DNA of 64,000 bases from Octopus sinensis (taxonomy: Eukaryota). The notes under the pieces were generated by a model. The model worked only from the letters and a program-made list of their open reading frames with translations, was not told the DNA's origin and ran no database searches. A program made the position numbers and the translations under genes. The DNA lies in contig NC_043019.1 of NCBI RefSeq assembly GCF_006345805.1, positions 3,224,001 through 3,288,000 of the forward strand. Reading direction: 5' to 3'. Of this stretch, positions 1 to 14,228 are shown one piece after another; position 1 is the stretch's first letter, and the number at the start of each line of letters is the position of its first letter.

Positions 1-718
1 GACGATATGTGCATCTCTGATCACGAGCAGAAGTAGTGGGGGAGCATCATGGCCATGTGTTGAGAGGGATTCTTTGGAGTTTGAATGTTCACCTCTGGAA
101 ACATAGGTGTTCGTTCAACATCTTTAAGCAATCCTTATTCAGGAACCCTTCGAGCGGGATTGACTACTGAACCAGAAGAAAATTCTAACTGGGCCCCAAC
201 TGCAAGGTCACGAGCTGATTATCTTGATATGAGATCACCATGTCGCGCACATATGGTTGTGATGCATGTGCCTGGCGTATGCATGTGCTTAACCAGTTGT
301 ATGCATGTGCTTAACCAGTGTATGCATGTGCTTAACCAGTTGAGCATGTCCCTTAGTGGCTGATGATATGTGCATCTCTGATCACGAGTGGAAGTAGTGG
401 GGGAGCATCATAGCCATGTGTTGAGAGAAATTGTTTGGGGGTTGGAAACATGGGTGTTTTGTTCAATGTCATTAAACAAACCTTATTCAGGGACCTTTTG
501 AGTGGTATGGGCTTCTCGACCCGAAGAAAATTCCAACTGGATGCCACCTGCAAGGTCATGTGCTGTTTATCTTGATGTGAGATCACCATGTCGCGCACAT
601 ATGGTTGCGATGAATGTGCCTGGTGCACCCTTACCAGACGGTTAGTCATGATGGGTATATTGGTCTTCGTATATTTTACCCCAGAATCACTTTCATAGCA
701 TGTCCTGCTCCCTTACTC
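1..718 (+). mobile_element. Two partial tandem copies of an unclassified ~550-bp AAT-associated repeat (called E1 here)
   Basis: Homologous to 779-1330 and 51086-51640; joined by a ~20-bp motif (atgcatgtgcttaaccag) repeated three times at ~282-341; followed by (AAT)n. Confidence 0.8.
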
Positions 719-769
<51 letters not shown>

Positions 770-778
770 TAATAATAA

Positions 779-1330
779 ATGCCCTGATGCAGTACCAGGC
801 AGTGGCTCTCATGGCTTCTGATCTTAACTGATTGGAAGTGTTATCATGTACATTGTTTTGTCTTGGTATAAAAGATGGGCTACAGCAAATATTCTGCTCA
901 ATACCACAGATTTGCTTGTCAGTTGTTTGACCTTAACCAGTGAGCATGTCCTTAGTGGCTGACGATATGTGCATCTCTGATCACGAGCAGAAGTAGTGGG
1001 GGAGCATCATGGCCATGTGTTGAGAGGGATTCTTTGGAGTTTGAATGGTTCACCTCTGGAAACATAGGTGTTTCGTTCAACATCCTAAAGCAACCCTTAT
1101 TCAGGGACCGTTTGAGCAGGATGGGCTACTCAACCTGAAGAAAATTCTAACTGGGCCCCACCTGCAAGGTCATGTGCTGTTATCTTGATATGAGATCACC
1201 ATGTCGCGCACATATGGTTGTGATGCATGTGCCTGGTGTACCTTATCAGACGGGTAGTCATGATGGGTATATTGGGCTTCGTATATTTTACCCCAGTGTC
1301 ACTTTGATGGCATGAACTGCTCTCTCACTC
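779..1330 (+). mobile_element. Full-length E1 repeat, unclassified non-autonomous element
   Basis: Runs atgccctgatgcagtacc...ctctcactc with (AAT)n on both sides; almost identical to 51831-52358. Confidence 0.85.
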
Positions 1331-1351
1331 AATAATAATAATAATAGTAAT

Positions 1352-2316
1352 AGAAAAAGTAAAATCCCAACAATTGCTGAGAAGCTCAGAACTCAAAGCA
1401 GAGACTGAAGGATTTTAAATTGCAGCACAAGATCAAAGTCTTCCCTCGTGAAATCACCAAAAATATGTAATGAAAAGAAATACAAGTAACTGCCGAATAT
1501 GAAGAAACAATCGCTCATATTGTCTCTGGCTGCCCAATCTTGGCTAAGAAGGAATATATTCCCAGACGCGACAGAGTTGGGAACTATATACACTCGAAGC
1601 TATGCCAACACTATGAATAACAACAGAAAAAAGATGGTATAGGTACATGCCAGAAAAGGTCACAGAAAACGAGAAAGCAACCATACTCTGGGATATTCCA
1701 ATACTCACAGATAGAGAAGTTAAGGTCAATGGGCCGGATATAGTTGTCAGAGATCACCAAGAAAAAAACATGATTTCTAATCGATGTATCAATACCAACA
1801 AATGACAATGTTTCTCTAAAAGAAACGGAGAAACTTCCAAAATACAGAGATCTGGAAATAGAGGTAACTTGAATGGGGAGCCTAAAAAACAGAAACAATT
1901 CCTATCATAGTAGGCGCATTAGGTATGATAAAAAAATATTCAAACAAATACATAACAAAAACACCAGGACTTATAAGTATATACAACATACAGAAAGTAG
2001 CACTACTAAGCACCGCACACATCCTCATCCTACGTAAAACACTTTCACTACAGTGAAAACAAGAGCACCACAACAAACTCAGCACCTGCCCAAGACACAC
2101 AGAGCTGCGCTCGGTGGTGCAGTGAAAGCACGTGACAAAAAAATAAGACTACTGAATAAGACAGATATATAGCAAAGAACACCAGGACTAAGAAATACAT
2201 ATAACATACAGAAAAATAGCACTACCAGGCACTGCAAACATAAGAGCATCTCAACAAACCATAGCACATACCCAAGGCACATAGAGCAGTGCTCGGTAGT
2301 GCAGTGAAAGCACGCT
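1352..2316 (+). mobile_element. Degenerate 3' fragment of R4/Dong-like RLE non-LTR retrotransposon, 3' end duplicated (~2160-2316)
   Basis: Colinear with 50230-51034 (zinc knuckle, PD..D RLE region, same 3' UTR cccaaggcac..gagc..tgctcggtagtgcagtgaaagcacg); contains stops and frameshifts. Confidence 0.9.
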
Positions 2317-2317
2317 A

Positions 2318-2472
2318 TATCGACCCCAGTGCGTAGCTGGTACTTAATTTATCGACCCCGAAAGGATGAAAGGCAAAGTCGACCTCGGCGGAATTTGAAC
2401 TCAGAACCTAACGGCAGACGAAATACGGCTATGCCTTTTCACCCGGCGTGCTAACGTTTCTGCCAGCTCGCC
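2318..2472 (-). mobile_element. tRNA-headed SINE family B, partial
   Basis: Reverse complement of the ggcgagctggcagaaacgttagcacgccggg...gagttcaaattccgccgaggtcgac family seen many times in the window. Confidence 0.85.
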
Positions 2473-2560
2473 TGATAATGAACTTTCAACTTGTCTCTTG
2501 AGGTCTCTGGGTGAGACTTGGAGCCAACTTGTACAAATGTAAAGCAAAAGTCATACATAA

Positions 2561-2594
<34 letters not shown>

Positions 2595-2846
2595 TAATAT
2601 AATAATAATAATAATAATATTAATAATAATAATAATAATTCATTTTGCTGGCACATGGAGAACAATACAAGCGTGAAATGAAAACGGGCAGATGCATTTA
2701 TTAATAAATTATTTTCGTGTAAATTAGTTCCTAAAGATTATTAATCTGGGTTTCCGAATAAGAATTGATGTTTTCCTATTGAGAGGGAAATTTTGAAATG
2801 TCTCCAATAATTTCTGAAACCATACCAATAATCATACACTAATATC

Positions 2847-2891
<45 letters not shown>

Positions 2892-2994
2892 CCTTTCTAC
2901 TGTAGGTACAAGGCCTGAAATTTGGGGGAAGGGTTTTAAGTTGATTACATCGACCCCAATACGTAACTGCTACATATTTAATTTGACCCCGGCG

Positions 2995-3075
<81 letters not shown>

Positions 3076-3238
3076 TAATAAACATTTGTACTCTAGGTAC
3101 AAGGCCTGAAATTTATGAAGAGGGGCTAGTATCAGTGCTTAGCTGGTACTTAATTCATCAGAAGGGAAAACCGGAAGTAATGCTGCTAAACATTTTGTCC
3201 GGCGTGCAAACGATACTGCCGCTAGCTTACCATCTTAG

Positions 3239-3240
3239 TT

Positions 3241-3280
<40 letters not shown>

Positions 3281-3759
3281 CGATGATGATGATGATGATG
3301 ACGATGATGCTGATGACGATGATGTTGATGATGATGATGATGATGATGATGACGATGATGATGACGACGACGATGATGATGATGATGACGATGATGATGA
3401 TGACGATGATGACGATGATGATGATGATGATGATGATGACGATGATGATGATGATGATAATGATGATGTTGACGATGATGACGATGATGAGGATGATGAT
3501 GACGACGACGACGACGATGATGATGATGATGATGACGACGATGATGATGATGATGATGACAATGATGACGATGATGATGACGACGACGACGACGATGATG
3601 ATGATGACGATGATGATGATGACGATGATGATGATGATGATGACGATGATGGTGATGACGATGATGACGATGATGATGATGACGATGATGACGACGATGA
3701 TGATGATGACGATGACGACGATGATGATGACGATGATGATGATGACGATGATGATGATG
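3239..3759. repeat. Long (GAT/GAC)n trinucleotide tract
   Basis: ~520 bp of GAT interspersed with GAC; it produces the poly-D/H/S/M ORFs. Confidence 0.97.
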
Positions 3760-4473
3760 CAGATTCATCTATTGTTTCCTTTAAAAATAAATCATATTTG
3801 ATACTAAATTTAACAAACGAAAAAGAAAAGCAAAAAAAAAGCACGGAAGCTAATTCCATGCGCAGAGATTAAAATAAGTAGGTCTTTATTAATTCTACTT
3901 GATCAAAAACAGATTAACGTCAATTCCAATGACATTCCGTTTGTTGTATCAAAGAATTCTACAATCTTATGCAATTATAAATTAGTAAATTCCACCCGGT
4001 TTCACCTTGAAAGGGCGTTCGGTTTATCGATTTCACCCGTCCCCATCCGCACCCCAATTCCTTTATTTTCCCTTCTCGATGAACGGGTGGTATTGATTAA
4101 CGGTTTACTAGAAATGATATTCATGTATTCTTGTCGCCTCATTATCTTAAAGTATTTAATTAGGTTTTTATACTTAGTTGACAGGTATGCTTAAAAAGAG
4201 AGCATTGACATAACAGCAGTCGTCGTAGCTGCAGAGACAGGTGTAACAGCAGCTAGAACGAAAACAGCATAGTTAGCAACAACAGAAGCCGGAATGGCAA
4301 TGAAATTAGCAACGAAAGAACGACTATAAAAACAGTTAGAGACACGTCGAAATCTGCAGCATTAGCAACAACGAAAAAAAGAGCAACAACAACTGTAACA
4401 AAAGCAGTGGCAACTGTAACAACAATAATAATTAAAACAACAACAATAACAATAACAACTACAACAGCAGCAG

Positions 4474-4665
4474 TGGAGGCGCAATGGCCCAGTGGTTAGA
4501 GCAGCGGACGGGCAGTCGTAAGAACGTGGTTTTGATTCCCAGACCGGGCATTGTGAGTGTTTATTGAGCAAAAGCACCTAAGCTCCACGAGGCTCTGGCG
4601 GTGGGGGGGGGGTGAACCCCGCTGTACTCTTTCACCACAAATTTCTCGCACTCTTTCCTCCTACT
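4474..4665 (+). mobile_element. tRNA-headed SINE family C, partial
   Basis: ggaggcgcaatggcccagtggttag (A-box-like) ... gattccc (B-box-like); homologous to 25445-25742 and 39498-40062. Confidence 0.8.
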
Positions 4666-4759
4666 TCTGCCACAAAGCATAGGAACCATGGTGAACTTTC
4701 AGACCCTAATCTAGATTGCGAATCCTCTGTATCCCAGGGTTGTAAGTTGCAAGACGGCT

Positions 4760-5014
4760 ATTGTACATAACGGAACATGCGCAACTTGTGGAAAGGTGTG
4801 CCGTTCAGTTAGAGAATTAAAAAGATATGACAAAAGTCTTTATACTGTGGCATCAGTTCCTTCTACCAGCCAGCGCAGCTTTGCATTATGCAATAAGATG
4901 TGCAAATCTTTGGCAGGGCTCAAGAGTCGTATAAAGCCCTTATTGCATTATCAATTACTCATTTCAATGATGATTTCTAGCAATGGCTTTGCTCGTATAC
5001 GAGAAACGAGCCAC

Positions 5015-5015
<1 letters not shown>
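4760..5015 (+). mobile_element. Decayed RTE-like LINE 3' end with two C2H2-like knuckles
   Basis: Translation CATCGKVCRSVRELKRY...LCNKMCKSLAGLKSRI resembles RTE C-terminal zinc motifs with His ligands lost; ends in cgagaaacgagcc before (TA)n, similar to 45030-45052. Confidence 0.5.
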
Positions 5016-5083
<68 letters not shown>

Positions 5084-5213
5084 ATATTTATATATAAATT
5101 AGAGAAATTTTTATATATTTTATATATATATTATATTTTGTGAAATTTGATTTATTTTTTCTAAATTTAATTTTTCCAGGTAAGTTAGGAATAATATTCC
5201 CCCAAATAATTAC

Positions 5214-5249
<36 letters not shown>

Positions 5250-6125
5250 TGTATGTATGTATGTATGTATGTATGTATGTGTGTATGTATGCATGTGTGT
5301 ATGTGTATATGTGTGTATATATGTATGTATGCATGTATATAAATACACGTATGCATATATAGTACCTTTACAACTGATGCAAATCGAGCGGGAAGATTGC
5401 CTATAACCTGCTGAATACTTTATTATTTACAATGTCGTACCTTGGTATACCTTGTCAACAAACAAAATATGAGAAATAACAGCTAAATCTACCTCAAATC
5501 ACACTGTATTGCTCAAGCGAAGGAAGTACGCAGTGGATTACGTAGTCTAGGATGCGTCGAAACAGGGAGAAATTTGCATCGATCAGATTGCTGGCTCATG
5601 ACTTTGATTAATCTGTGCTAAATAAGGATTAACCAACTACAAGAACAGCTCTGTAGCTAGGTGTTCTGAAACATTCAAAATTAAGTGTAATTTCCTGGTT
5701 GACGGCAAGTCTCTTTAACTTAAGTATCCAATGTCCTTCCTCCTCACTTTGCCAAGTCAGCAAGTAACTAACATTTATCGTACATGATAACACTCCACTT
5801 GTTCTCCAATGTAGTTTATAATACTAGTTATTAAAAAGCCATTGATTCATCACCCAAAAACACAATCCTTTTGTTCCGCTGCAACTAATGCGGTATATTA
5901 GACTTTACTTCAGACATACCGTGAAATGTATCACATTTCATCGTTGCCAGTAAAATTAAGATACTGTAGAGAGGGAGAGTGTTATAGAATAGTTTTTGGA
6001 AACCAATCTTCCTATTTTAAGTAATGGATACCTCCCAAAAACCAACAACTTAAACCACAAGCATAACAAGAAAGACATCTGCAAATATTAACGTTGAAAC
6101 AGCTATTTAGTTCAGAAAATAGTGA

Positions 6126-6174
<49 letters not shown>

Positions 6175-6288
6175 GTACATACACACATATATATATATAC
6201 ACATACATACATACATATATATATATGTATACATACATACATATATATATATGTATACATACATACATACATACATACACACACATAT

Positions 6289-6342
<54 letters not shown>

Positions 6343-6373
6343 ATACATATATGATATATACATACATATATAT

Positions 6374-6418
<45 letters not shown>

Positions 6419-6510
6419 CATACATATATATATACATATATATATATACATACATATATATATATATATATATAATATATATACATATATATATATATAT
6501 ACATACACAC

Positions 6511-6544
<34 letters not shown>

Positions 6545-7678
6545 TCAGCGGAGTGTTACATTGTTGGTTAGAGTGTTACATAATATGGTTTGTAGCTTAA
6601 CTTTGAGATGCCAAGCTTGAGTGGATTTCGATCCTGGCGTAAGAAAGTATTAATGATTTTAGGCAAGTGTCCCACTATAATATTGGAAACCAGCCCTCTC
6701 ACGAAATTGGCATGGTATTTGGTACTTGAAAAGATAATGATTGCAAATAGCTGGAATACACTATAAATAAAACCGTATCAATCGTAAAAAAACGGCTAAG
6801 AATAACATGTGAAAAAGCAGCAAAAAATATTAAAAAATAGACGTATATTTCTTTTAGTTTCAGTACATAATTATAAATTTCGTCAGGAAAATTTGGCAGG
6901 TCATCCATCGCTCTTTTAAATATTCAGGGACAGTGTGTGGTGAAGAAAATTGTATTGTATGTTATGAAACATTTTTTTTTCTTCTCTTCTGCAATATAAA
7001 TATTTTTTTTTTTATAAAAAAAAAGATGGTGTTTGTAAATTTGTTTGGAGTCTGTAAACATGGGAAAAACGTTGTTTCTAGATTAATCAAATTTATTTAT
7101 GGCAATTTAAATAGAAATGTGTAGAGACTAGTTACTGAATAGCAGTGTGAAGCAGACGATGCTTTACGTGTAACAGAATGCGATCCGGTTTCCATATTTA
7201 TTTTACGTGTAAACTTTTGGAATTCATTTGCGGTGATAATCGTTAATCGAAATCAGAATCACAAAGACCGTTCAAGAAGATCAAGAAGAATCTTCTAGAG
7301 AACAGTAAGACCAGAATCATCTCTAAAGAAACATTATAATAGGCTGTATGAAATATTTAGTTGATAGCGTATAATGTTTGAGTTTCACGCAATATTTTAT
7401 GTACGAATCAATATAATTCAGCAGATATAATATATACTGAGTTAAAACAAAAGAAATTTCGATGATTGATTAAGATAAACAGACATATAAACATATTTGT
7501 AAATGGCTGGTGGAAAGAAATATAAAGAAAGAAAGAACTCAGATATTTTATTTGTTAATGATATTTAATTAATTGCAAAAACGACGAATTTAACTGACTT
7601 CATTATTCATTTAAAAGAAGAAAAAGACGAAGTAAAACACTGACTTGTTTAGTAGAAAAAATAAAAATAAAAATAAAT

Positions 7679-8045
7679 AGGCGCAGGAGTGGCTGTGTGG
7701 TAAGTAGCTTTCTTACGAACCACATGGTTCCGGGTTCAGTCCCTCTGCGTGGCACCTTGGGTAAGTGTCTTCTACTATAGCCTCGGGCTGACCAAAGCCT
7801 TGTGAGTGGATTTGGTAGACGTAAACTGAAAGAAGCCCGTCGTATCTATGTGTATATATATGTGTGTGTATGTTTGCGTGTCTGTGTTTGTCCCACTAGC
7901 ATTGCTTCACTTAGCGGTTAGGCAAAAAGAGACCGATAGAATAAGTACCAGGCTTAAAAAGAATAAGTCCCGGGATCGATTTGCTCGACTAAAGGCGGTG
8001 CTCCAGCATGGCCGCAGTCAAATGACTAAAACAAGTAAAAGAGTT
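7679..8045 (+). mobile_element. tRNA-headed SINE family A with central (TG) microsatellite
   Basis: aggcgcaggagtggctgtgtggtaag head, ggttcagtccc B-box-like, tail ggcggtgctccagcatggccgcagtc...aaacaagtaaaagag. Confidence 0.9.
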
Positions 8046-8453
8046 AACAGAGTAAAAAAAGGACAAAAAAAACACGTACTAAAAAGATATAAATATGAAT
8101 AAATAAGATACAAATGATATGAAAAAAATATGATTATTACTTTAATATCTATAAAATGCTAGTCATTTATAATTAGATATATTAACGATATCCGTTGACA
8201 TTCATGTCAGACTTTTTTTGAAACAAGGATTTATCATCGTCCGAGTGATGATGAACGAAGATATAAATTTACTGGATTGATTAAATTATCAGAACTCGTT
8301 TAGATATAAACAGGAAATGGGAAACATTTGAGAAAATGAAGATAAATTTAATTTTAAATTTGCGTAAGGACAATCGATATTGGTTTATTGCGCCGAGGGT
8401 TTATACCAAAGTTTGATGCCAATCAATAAAATTATATATGACTACTCTGTCTG

Positions 8454-8494
<41 letters not shown>

Positions 8495-8550
8495 ATATAT
8501 ATATATATATCTAATATATTATATTATATATATATATATACAAACATGCA

Positions 8551-8872
8551 TCTTTATATATAGAAGTGAGGTTGTGTGCTGTCTGTCTCCTACGATTTAG
8601 ATTCCTAACTACTCCCACATTTTGCGGTGCAGTTTAACCAAAACCGGGTATCTTATAGTCAATTTTTCCCATTTTTAATGCATTTTTGGCATATATAAGG
8701 GAAGTAACTCTCTAAAAATTAATTATTAAATCTCAGAACGTAAAAAGCTACAGTAACACCCCTCCCCCCTTTGTGTTAGTCATATTGAGATGGCTATTAT
8801 ACTTTACATCTCTAAAAATGCTTATATAGTTATTTCCCTTACAAACCCGAGCAACACCGGGCGCTACTGCTA

Positions 8873-8873
<1 letters not shown>
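8551..8873 (+). mobile_element. Non-autonomous Helitron-like element
   Basis: A|TC start, CTAG|T end, subterminal hairpin cccgagcaacaccggg; last ~70 bp shared with 55786-56156; no TSD. Confidence 0.75.
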
Positions 8874-8911
<38 letters not shown>

Positions 8912-9106
8912 TATATATATATATTATACACATATATATGTATATATATATATATAATATAAATATATATATATACACATATATATGTATATATATATAT
9001 TATATATATAATATATATATATCCACATATATATATGTAACTTTGAATCTATATATACATATATATATATACATACATACACACACACACACAGATATAT
9101 ATATAT

Positions 9107-9153
<47 letters not shown>

Positions 9154-9364
9154 GTATCTATATATATCTCTTTCTGTATACATACATACATCTCACGATA
9201 TCTGGGACTATTAAGTATTTCCAAGACCTACTTAGGATTTAAAAGATGATGCTTTAAAACAAGATACTTTCCTTCACAACCTTGCTACGAAATAGGGACC
9301 GGTCAAAATTTACTCTTAATTAAAAAGAGAAAGAGAAGGATACACATACATACATACATACATT

Positions 9365-9916
9365 GTGGCTGCCCCCTCGTTATCGAGTATGGTCATTGCA
9401 CGAAGCTTAATCAATGTTGTTATCATGCAATGCCTGTACAAGAAGATTTTTTTATAGTGAAGAAAGGCTGTGCACTGAGTCAATCCCACTTACTAAGCAA
9501 CAGCAGCCATAATCCGAAAAGAAGAACAAGTCAACATCATCGGTAACCACTGAGCCGCAGGTTTTATGTCGGAGTTATCCCAGTTTCCTGAGTTACCTTC
9601 TCCTAGAAAGATGCCCTGACAAAGGCTAGGAGTCCTTCACTCCCAATGGTTTAACCGCGCGATCGGGTATTCAGTCCGATTATTTCTATGTCCCCGCGCA
9701 TGATACAGCCTTAAGACATTTATTGGATGGCCGTTGACTCTCAAGAGTTGCTCCGCCCTTTGACGGGTTTTGTTTTTCATCCCGCAGGGTGTCCAATAAA
9801 CACCCTCCTCACCAAGCAAGCTTGGTGGGGTTGCCGGTTTAGTCGCCAACGACCCGACCATGCAACAGGTTGTACTGGGTTACATGTTACCAGTAGCACT
9901 CGAAAGTGACCTGACA
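9365..9916 (-). mobile_element. GC-richer interspersed repeat, possibly an RTE-related 5' region
   Basis: Abrupt GC-rich segment inserted in (TACA)n; classification is by resemblance only. Confidence 0.35.
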
Positions 9917-11344
9917 TACATACATACATGTACAATAAAAGACAACAAAAACAAGTGTAATATTTCATTTCAGTATATTAAATCATTTTAACCCACATTC
10001 TAACCGGTTTTTCCATTATGGATTTATCATAGGAAAATGAGAATGTAACTACAGTAGATGAAATATAGGGAGATGAAATTGTTGGAGTTAGATGAAAAAT
10101 TAGGGTATCAAGTTACAAGACAAAGAATATTCAACGAGGAATTTAAGTGAAAGGTTAAGGTTTTTTTGAACAGTAAGGTAAGGAATGTTGAGTCTGAAGC
10201 TCAAGTTACGAATTACGATTTTCAATTAATTGACTACCATAGAGAAATTGATAGTTAGGTACAGTAATGGGAATCAGATAGCAAGATAAGTAGATGTGAC
10301 AGTGTTGTGGATTGAAGAAAGAGGAGAAGGTCAAGTTAAAAGATAAGGAGTGGTTAGTTGAAGTCTGGTTCCAGACAGGTTATAAATATTTAAGTACTTA
10401 CTTTATCCTACTTAGTAGATTTTAGCAAGAATTCAGTATTTATCAGATATTCAAAGCACATACATATAGACATACACAGAAATATACACATACACACAAA
10501 TATACACATACACAACATCTACACATGTCTACCCACATACACATACACACATATACACACACATACTCACATGCACACGCATATACACATACACACATAT
10601 GCTCATACACACATGAACACTTGCACATACGCACACAACAGTTCGACGGCTGACAAGTAATTTCTTTACTTTAGGACATAAAGAACACTTTCAGACAACG
10701 AAGGTCGATTTGGATCCACATGCATGGGCGTTAATGAATAAAATGTGTCATGAACACATGTTTCTTAAAGGAGTTGTTTTCTGAGACGAAACAGAACAAT
10801 GATTAGCATAGTCACGATCGAATCTACCAGAACGTATTAAGAAAAAAATATGTAAGTTATCGTTTTTTTTTTTTTAGTTGTTCACTGAGTATATGATAAT
10901 TTATTGTCGGTTGACAGATATTAGCATGTAGCAGTAAATAATTTGCTTGCTGAATTTATAAGTGAGAGCTACGAAATCTTGTTAGATTCATTAGTCCAGA
11001 ATAGTTTTGGCTGAGGAGGAAAAATGATGTCAAAACAACTGGTGTCCTAACGTCTCCTGATGCTAATGAAATGAGCGTGTTGTGAACACACACTCATCTT
11101 AAAGGCGTTTTTCTCGTGAGATGAAACGCAACAGCGACTAGCATTTTCGCGTTCGAACCTGCCAGAACATTCTAAGTAAGTATAAATAGGTAAATCATCA
11201 TTTTGGTTCTCGCTGTTTGCTGTGTATATGGAGATTTATGATTTAGGGTAGTTAAACACTAATTCAATATATTAAATTATTGACAGCTATGTAAAAAGAA
11301 ATTATTTATAAATTTACACGATGCAACTGAGAGTATTTGATTTT

Positions 11345-12000
11345 GGCAGGCGTTCCTAAGTGGTAAGAAGCTTGCTGGCAGAAATGTTAGCACGCCGGAT
11401 GAAATGCTTAGCGGAATTTCGTCTGCTGTTACGTTCTGAGTTCAAATACCGCCGAGGTCTATTTTGCCTTTCATCTTTTCGGGGTCGATAAATTAAGAAC
11501 GAGTTATGCACTGGAGTCGATGTAATCGACTTAATCCCATTGTCTGTCCTTGTTTGTCCCCTCTGTGTTCAGCCCCTTGTGGGCAATAAAGAAATAAGAA
11601 GCTTGCTTTCCAACCATATTGTTCAGTGTCACTGCGTAGCACCTTGGGCTTGTGTCTTCTACTGTAGTCTCGCGTCAACCAAAGCTTTGTCAGTGGATTT
11701 GGTAGATGGAAACGGAAAGAAGCCTGTCGTATATATGTGTATGTCTGTGTATTATTGTGTGTGTGTGTTTGTGTGTGTACGAGTGCCTCTGTGTGTGTGT
11801 GTGCTTGTCCCCACCACAGCTTGACAAGTGGTGTTGGTGCATTTACGTCCTCGTAACTTGGCGGTTCGGCAAAAGATCGATTAAATAACTACCAAGCTTT
11901 TAAGAAAATATACTGGGATTGATTCATTCGACTAAAAATTCTTCAAGGTGGTGCCCCAGTATGGTCGGGTCTAATGACTGAAACAAGTAAAAGATAAAAG
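11345..12000 (+). mobile_element. SINE A interrupted by or fused with SINE B
   Basis: A-like head, SINE-B body ~11373-11600, then SINE-A body and tail to aagtaaaagataaaag. Confidence 0.8.
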
Positions 12001-12109
12001 GAAAGCGTAAACGGCTACCCGGCCTCCCAGTTTCCTGTTATCTTTCGGGTATTTAAGCTAGTCAGCGATTTTCTTACATTTAATTTGCCACCCTTATTTT
12101 AAAATAAAT

Positions 12110-12518
12110 GTTTCACTACAACAAAGGGAGAAGAGCAGAGACTGGTAACGGCTCAAAGAGCCATGGAAAGGTCAATGCTGGGAATCTCGTTGAGAGAGCA
12201 CATCAGTAACGAGGTCATCAGAAAGAAGCCCGGCGTGAAGGATGTCATCGCAGAATATACACGCAGCAAGTTTAGATGGGCTGGACACGTCGCCCGACTC
12301 ACCGATAATCGGTGGACACGCGCAGTTGTCAAGTGGTACCCGTGCGAACGGAAACAACCACTCGGAATGCCTGCACGACGGTTGAGTTACGATTTCAGGA
12401 GGACGATTGAGATCATGTGGATGAGAAAGGCGTGATCCAGAGAGGAGTGGATAGCGTGCTGTGACCAGCGGTGTCAAAAGGACGCCCGACGGACTGGTCG
12501 GTCAAGGTGATCAAGGTG
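12110..12518 (+). mobile_element. 5'-truncated RTE-clade LINE with 14-bp TSD
   Basis: ORF 12163-12435 (MERSMLGISLREH...KFRWAGHVAR..DNRW) is a typical RTE C-terminus; tail (tcaaggtga)x2; TSD ATTTTAAAATAAAT at 12096-12109 and 12519-12532. Confidence 0.92.
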
Positions 12519-13205
12519 ATTTTAAAATAAATAGGACCATGAGCTCCGTAGAGTCCTGACAATACCACCAAAGAAATAGCAGCTCAGCAACAAATGATTT
12601 CCCAGTCAAACAAGCGACGTATTATCCGTTCGGTCATTACAAGACTGTGCCTCCCCACTGGTTAAATAACTTTTGCTGTAGAATTTACATATGAATTTAT
12701 AGCTTTTGTATTCATTCTGAAGTGATTCTCTTCCAATTATTACCGAATATTTTAAGAATATTTCTTGAGAGGTTCTTAAAGACTACCTACTTAAATAACT
12801 CCTTTCAAGAATTCTTTGGAAAGATCAAAGAACCCGTGGGCGAAGTAATATTCTCTTATCAGTAAATTTATTGCCGGCTGAACGTCTTCGTTATTTCCAG
12901 TTTCATATCAAACAGTTCAATAGTGAAAGACAATAACAATAGTTTGTGTAAAGATGAGATATGTCTAAAAACATCACTAAACTCTTTCAAACTGTTCATT
13001 CATACGTTTGGACTTGAAACAGTAAAATTCAACTGCAAAATTCTCAGACGCGAAATAACTCTCAGAGATTTCTGCCAATTTTGGCACACACACTCGCGCA
13101 CACATACACACAAACACATACATATACATGAGTATACACTCTTAATTAGTTACAGAAACGCGTTTATACGCACATATATTCTGATTGATGTACAATCGTA
13201 TTCTC

Positions 13206-13356
13206 TCCATCGATCTATCTATCCATCTATCTATCTATCCATCTATCTATGTATCCATCTATCCATCCATCTATCTATCTATGTATCCATCTATCCATCC
13301 ATCTATCTATCTATGTATCCATCTATCCATCTATCTATCTATCTATCCATCTATCC

Positions 13357-13387
<31 letters not shown>

Positions 13388-13422
13388 CATCCATCTATCT
13401 ATATATCTATCTATCTATCAAT

Positions 13423-13465
<43 letters not shown>
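13206..13465. repeat. (TCTA/TCCA)n microsatellite
   Basis: Direct reading of the sequence. Confidence 0.95.
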
Positions 13466-13466
<1 letters not shown>

Positions 13467-14178
13467 ATGTGTGTGCTCGTGTATGTGTGTGTATGTGTAT
13501 GCATGTCTCTCTCTCTCTCTCACACATACACATCTAATTTTGTATCATTTTATTTTTATACCATTCTTCAACACACTTACTTTCATCCATCTAACCACCC
13601 ATCCATCTAATTGCCCAGTCATCCAGTGAACCATCTAACCATACATCAATACACACATAGATGCATACGTATGTACGCACTTTGAAACATTCATAAGTGC
13701 GAACACATATACACATATAGGAGAGGAAGACCAAATATCGCGACTTACAAAGGTGAACTTCGCTGCAGGTGTGTACATCTCTTTCAAAATACTTTCAGAA
13801 GAGAATATTTATGGACAGCTGTTTCAAATCTACTACCCCGATAATAAATTCCCATTTATCTCCTTGGTTTATAGCTGGTTTGACTATGTAAGAAGCAGTA
13901 GTGTATAAAGTCGGAGGTTTACAAATCAAACCGGCAACAAACTGACATGCGTATGTAAATACAATCCGTAAGCGGAAAGATATAAATATGCAAGTCTTTT
14001 CTAAAATTCAGTATGTGACTCTCTTCAGTGTTGATGTCTATACTCCAGTAAAGGAATGCTAACCCTCTACTAGAAAATAGATCGTTTTGAATAGGAAGAA
14101 TTTAAATGATTAGAAAAATGAAAATGATGTATCTATACATGCACAAAGTGTATATGTGTGAGTGTGTGTGTATGTGTT

Positions 14179-14228
<50 letters not shown>

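Noticed and set aside
781-845. ctgatgcag start of E1 as a hammerhead; loose antisense U2 snRNA resemblance (tctgatcttaactgattggaa)
   Set aside because: Core is CUGAUGC with no downstream GAAA/helix partner; the U2 match is too short and gapped to trust.
3135-3872. 245-aa poly-Asp ORF and the overlapping poly-His/Ser/Met ORFs
   Set aside because: Several frames are open only because of a GAT/GAC repeat; no splice or coding context.
4775-4945. Possible host C2H2 zinc-finger gene
   Set aside because: His ligands and TGEKP linkers are absent; better explained as an RTE 3' relic.
7679-7760. tRNA genes at SINE heads
   Set aside because: Only A/B-box-like remnants fused to SINE bodies; no complete cloverleaf.
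12923-13537. 204-aa plus-strand ORF
   Set aside because: Mostly (CA)n and (TCTA)n; the N-terminal part has no recognisable motif or splice support.
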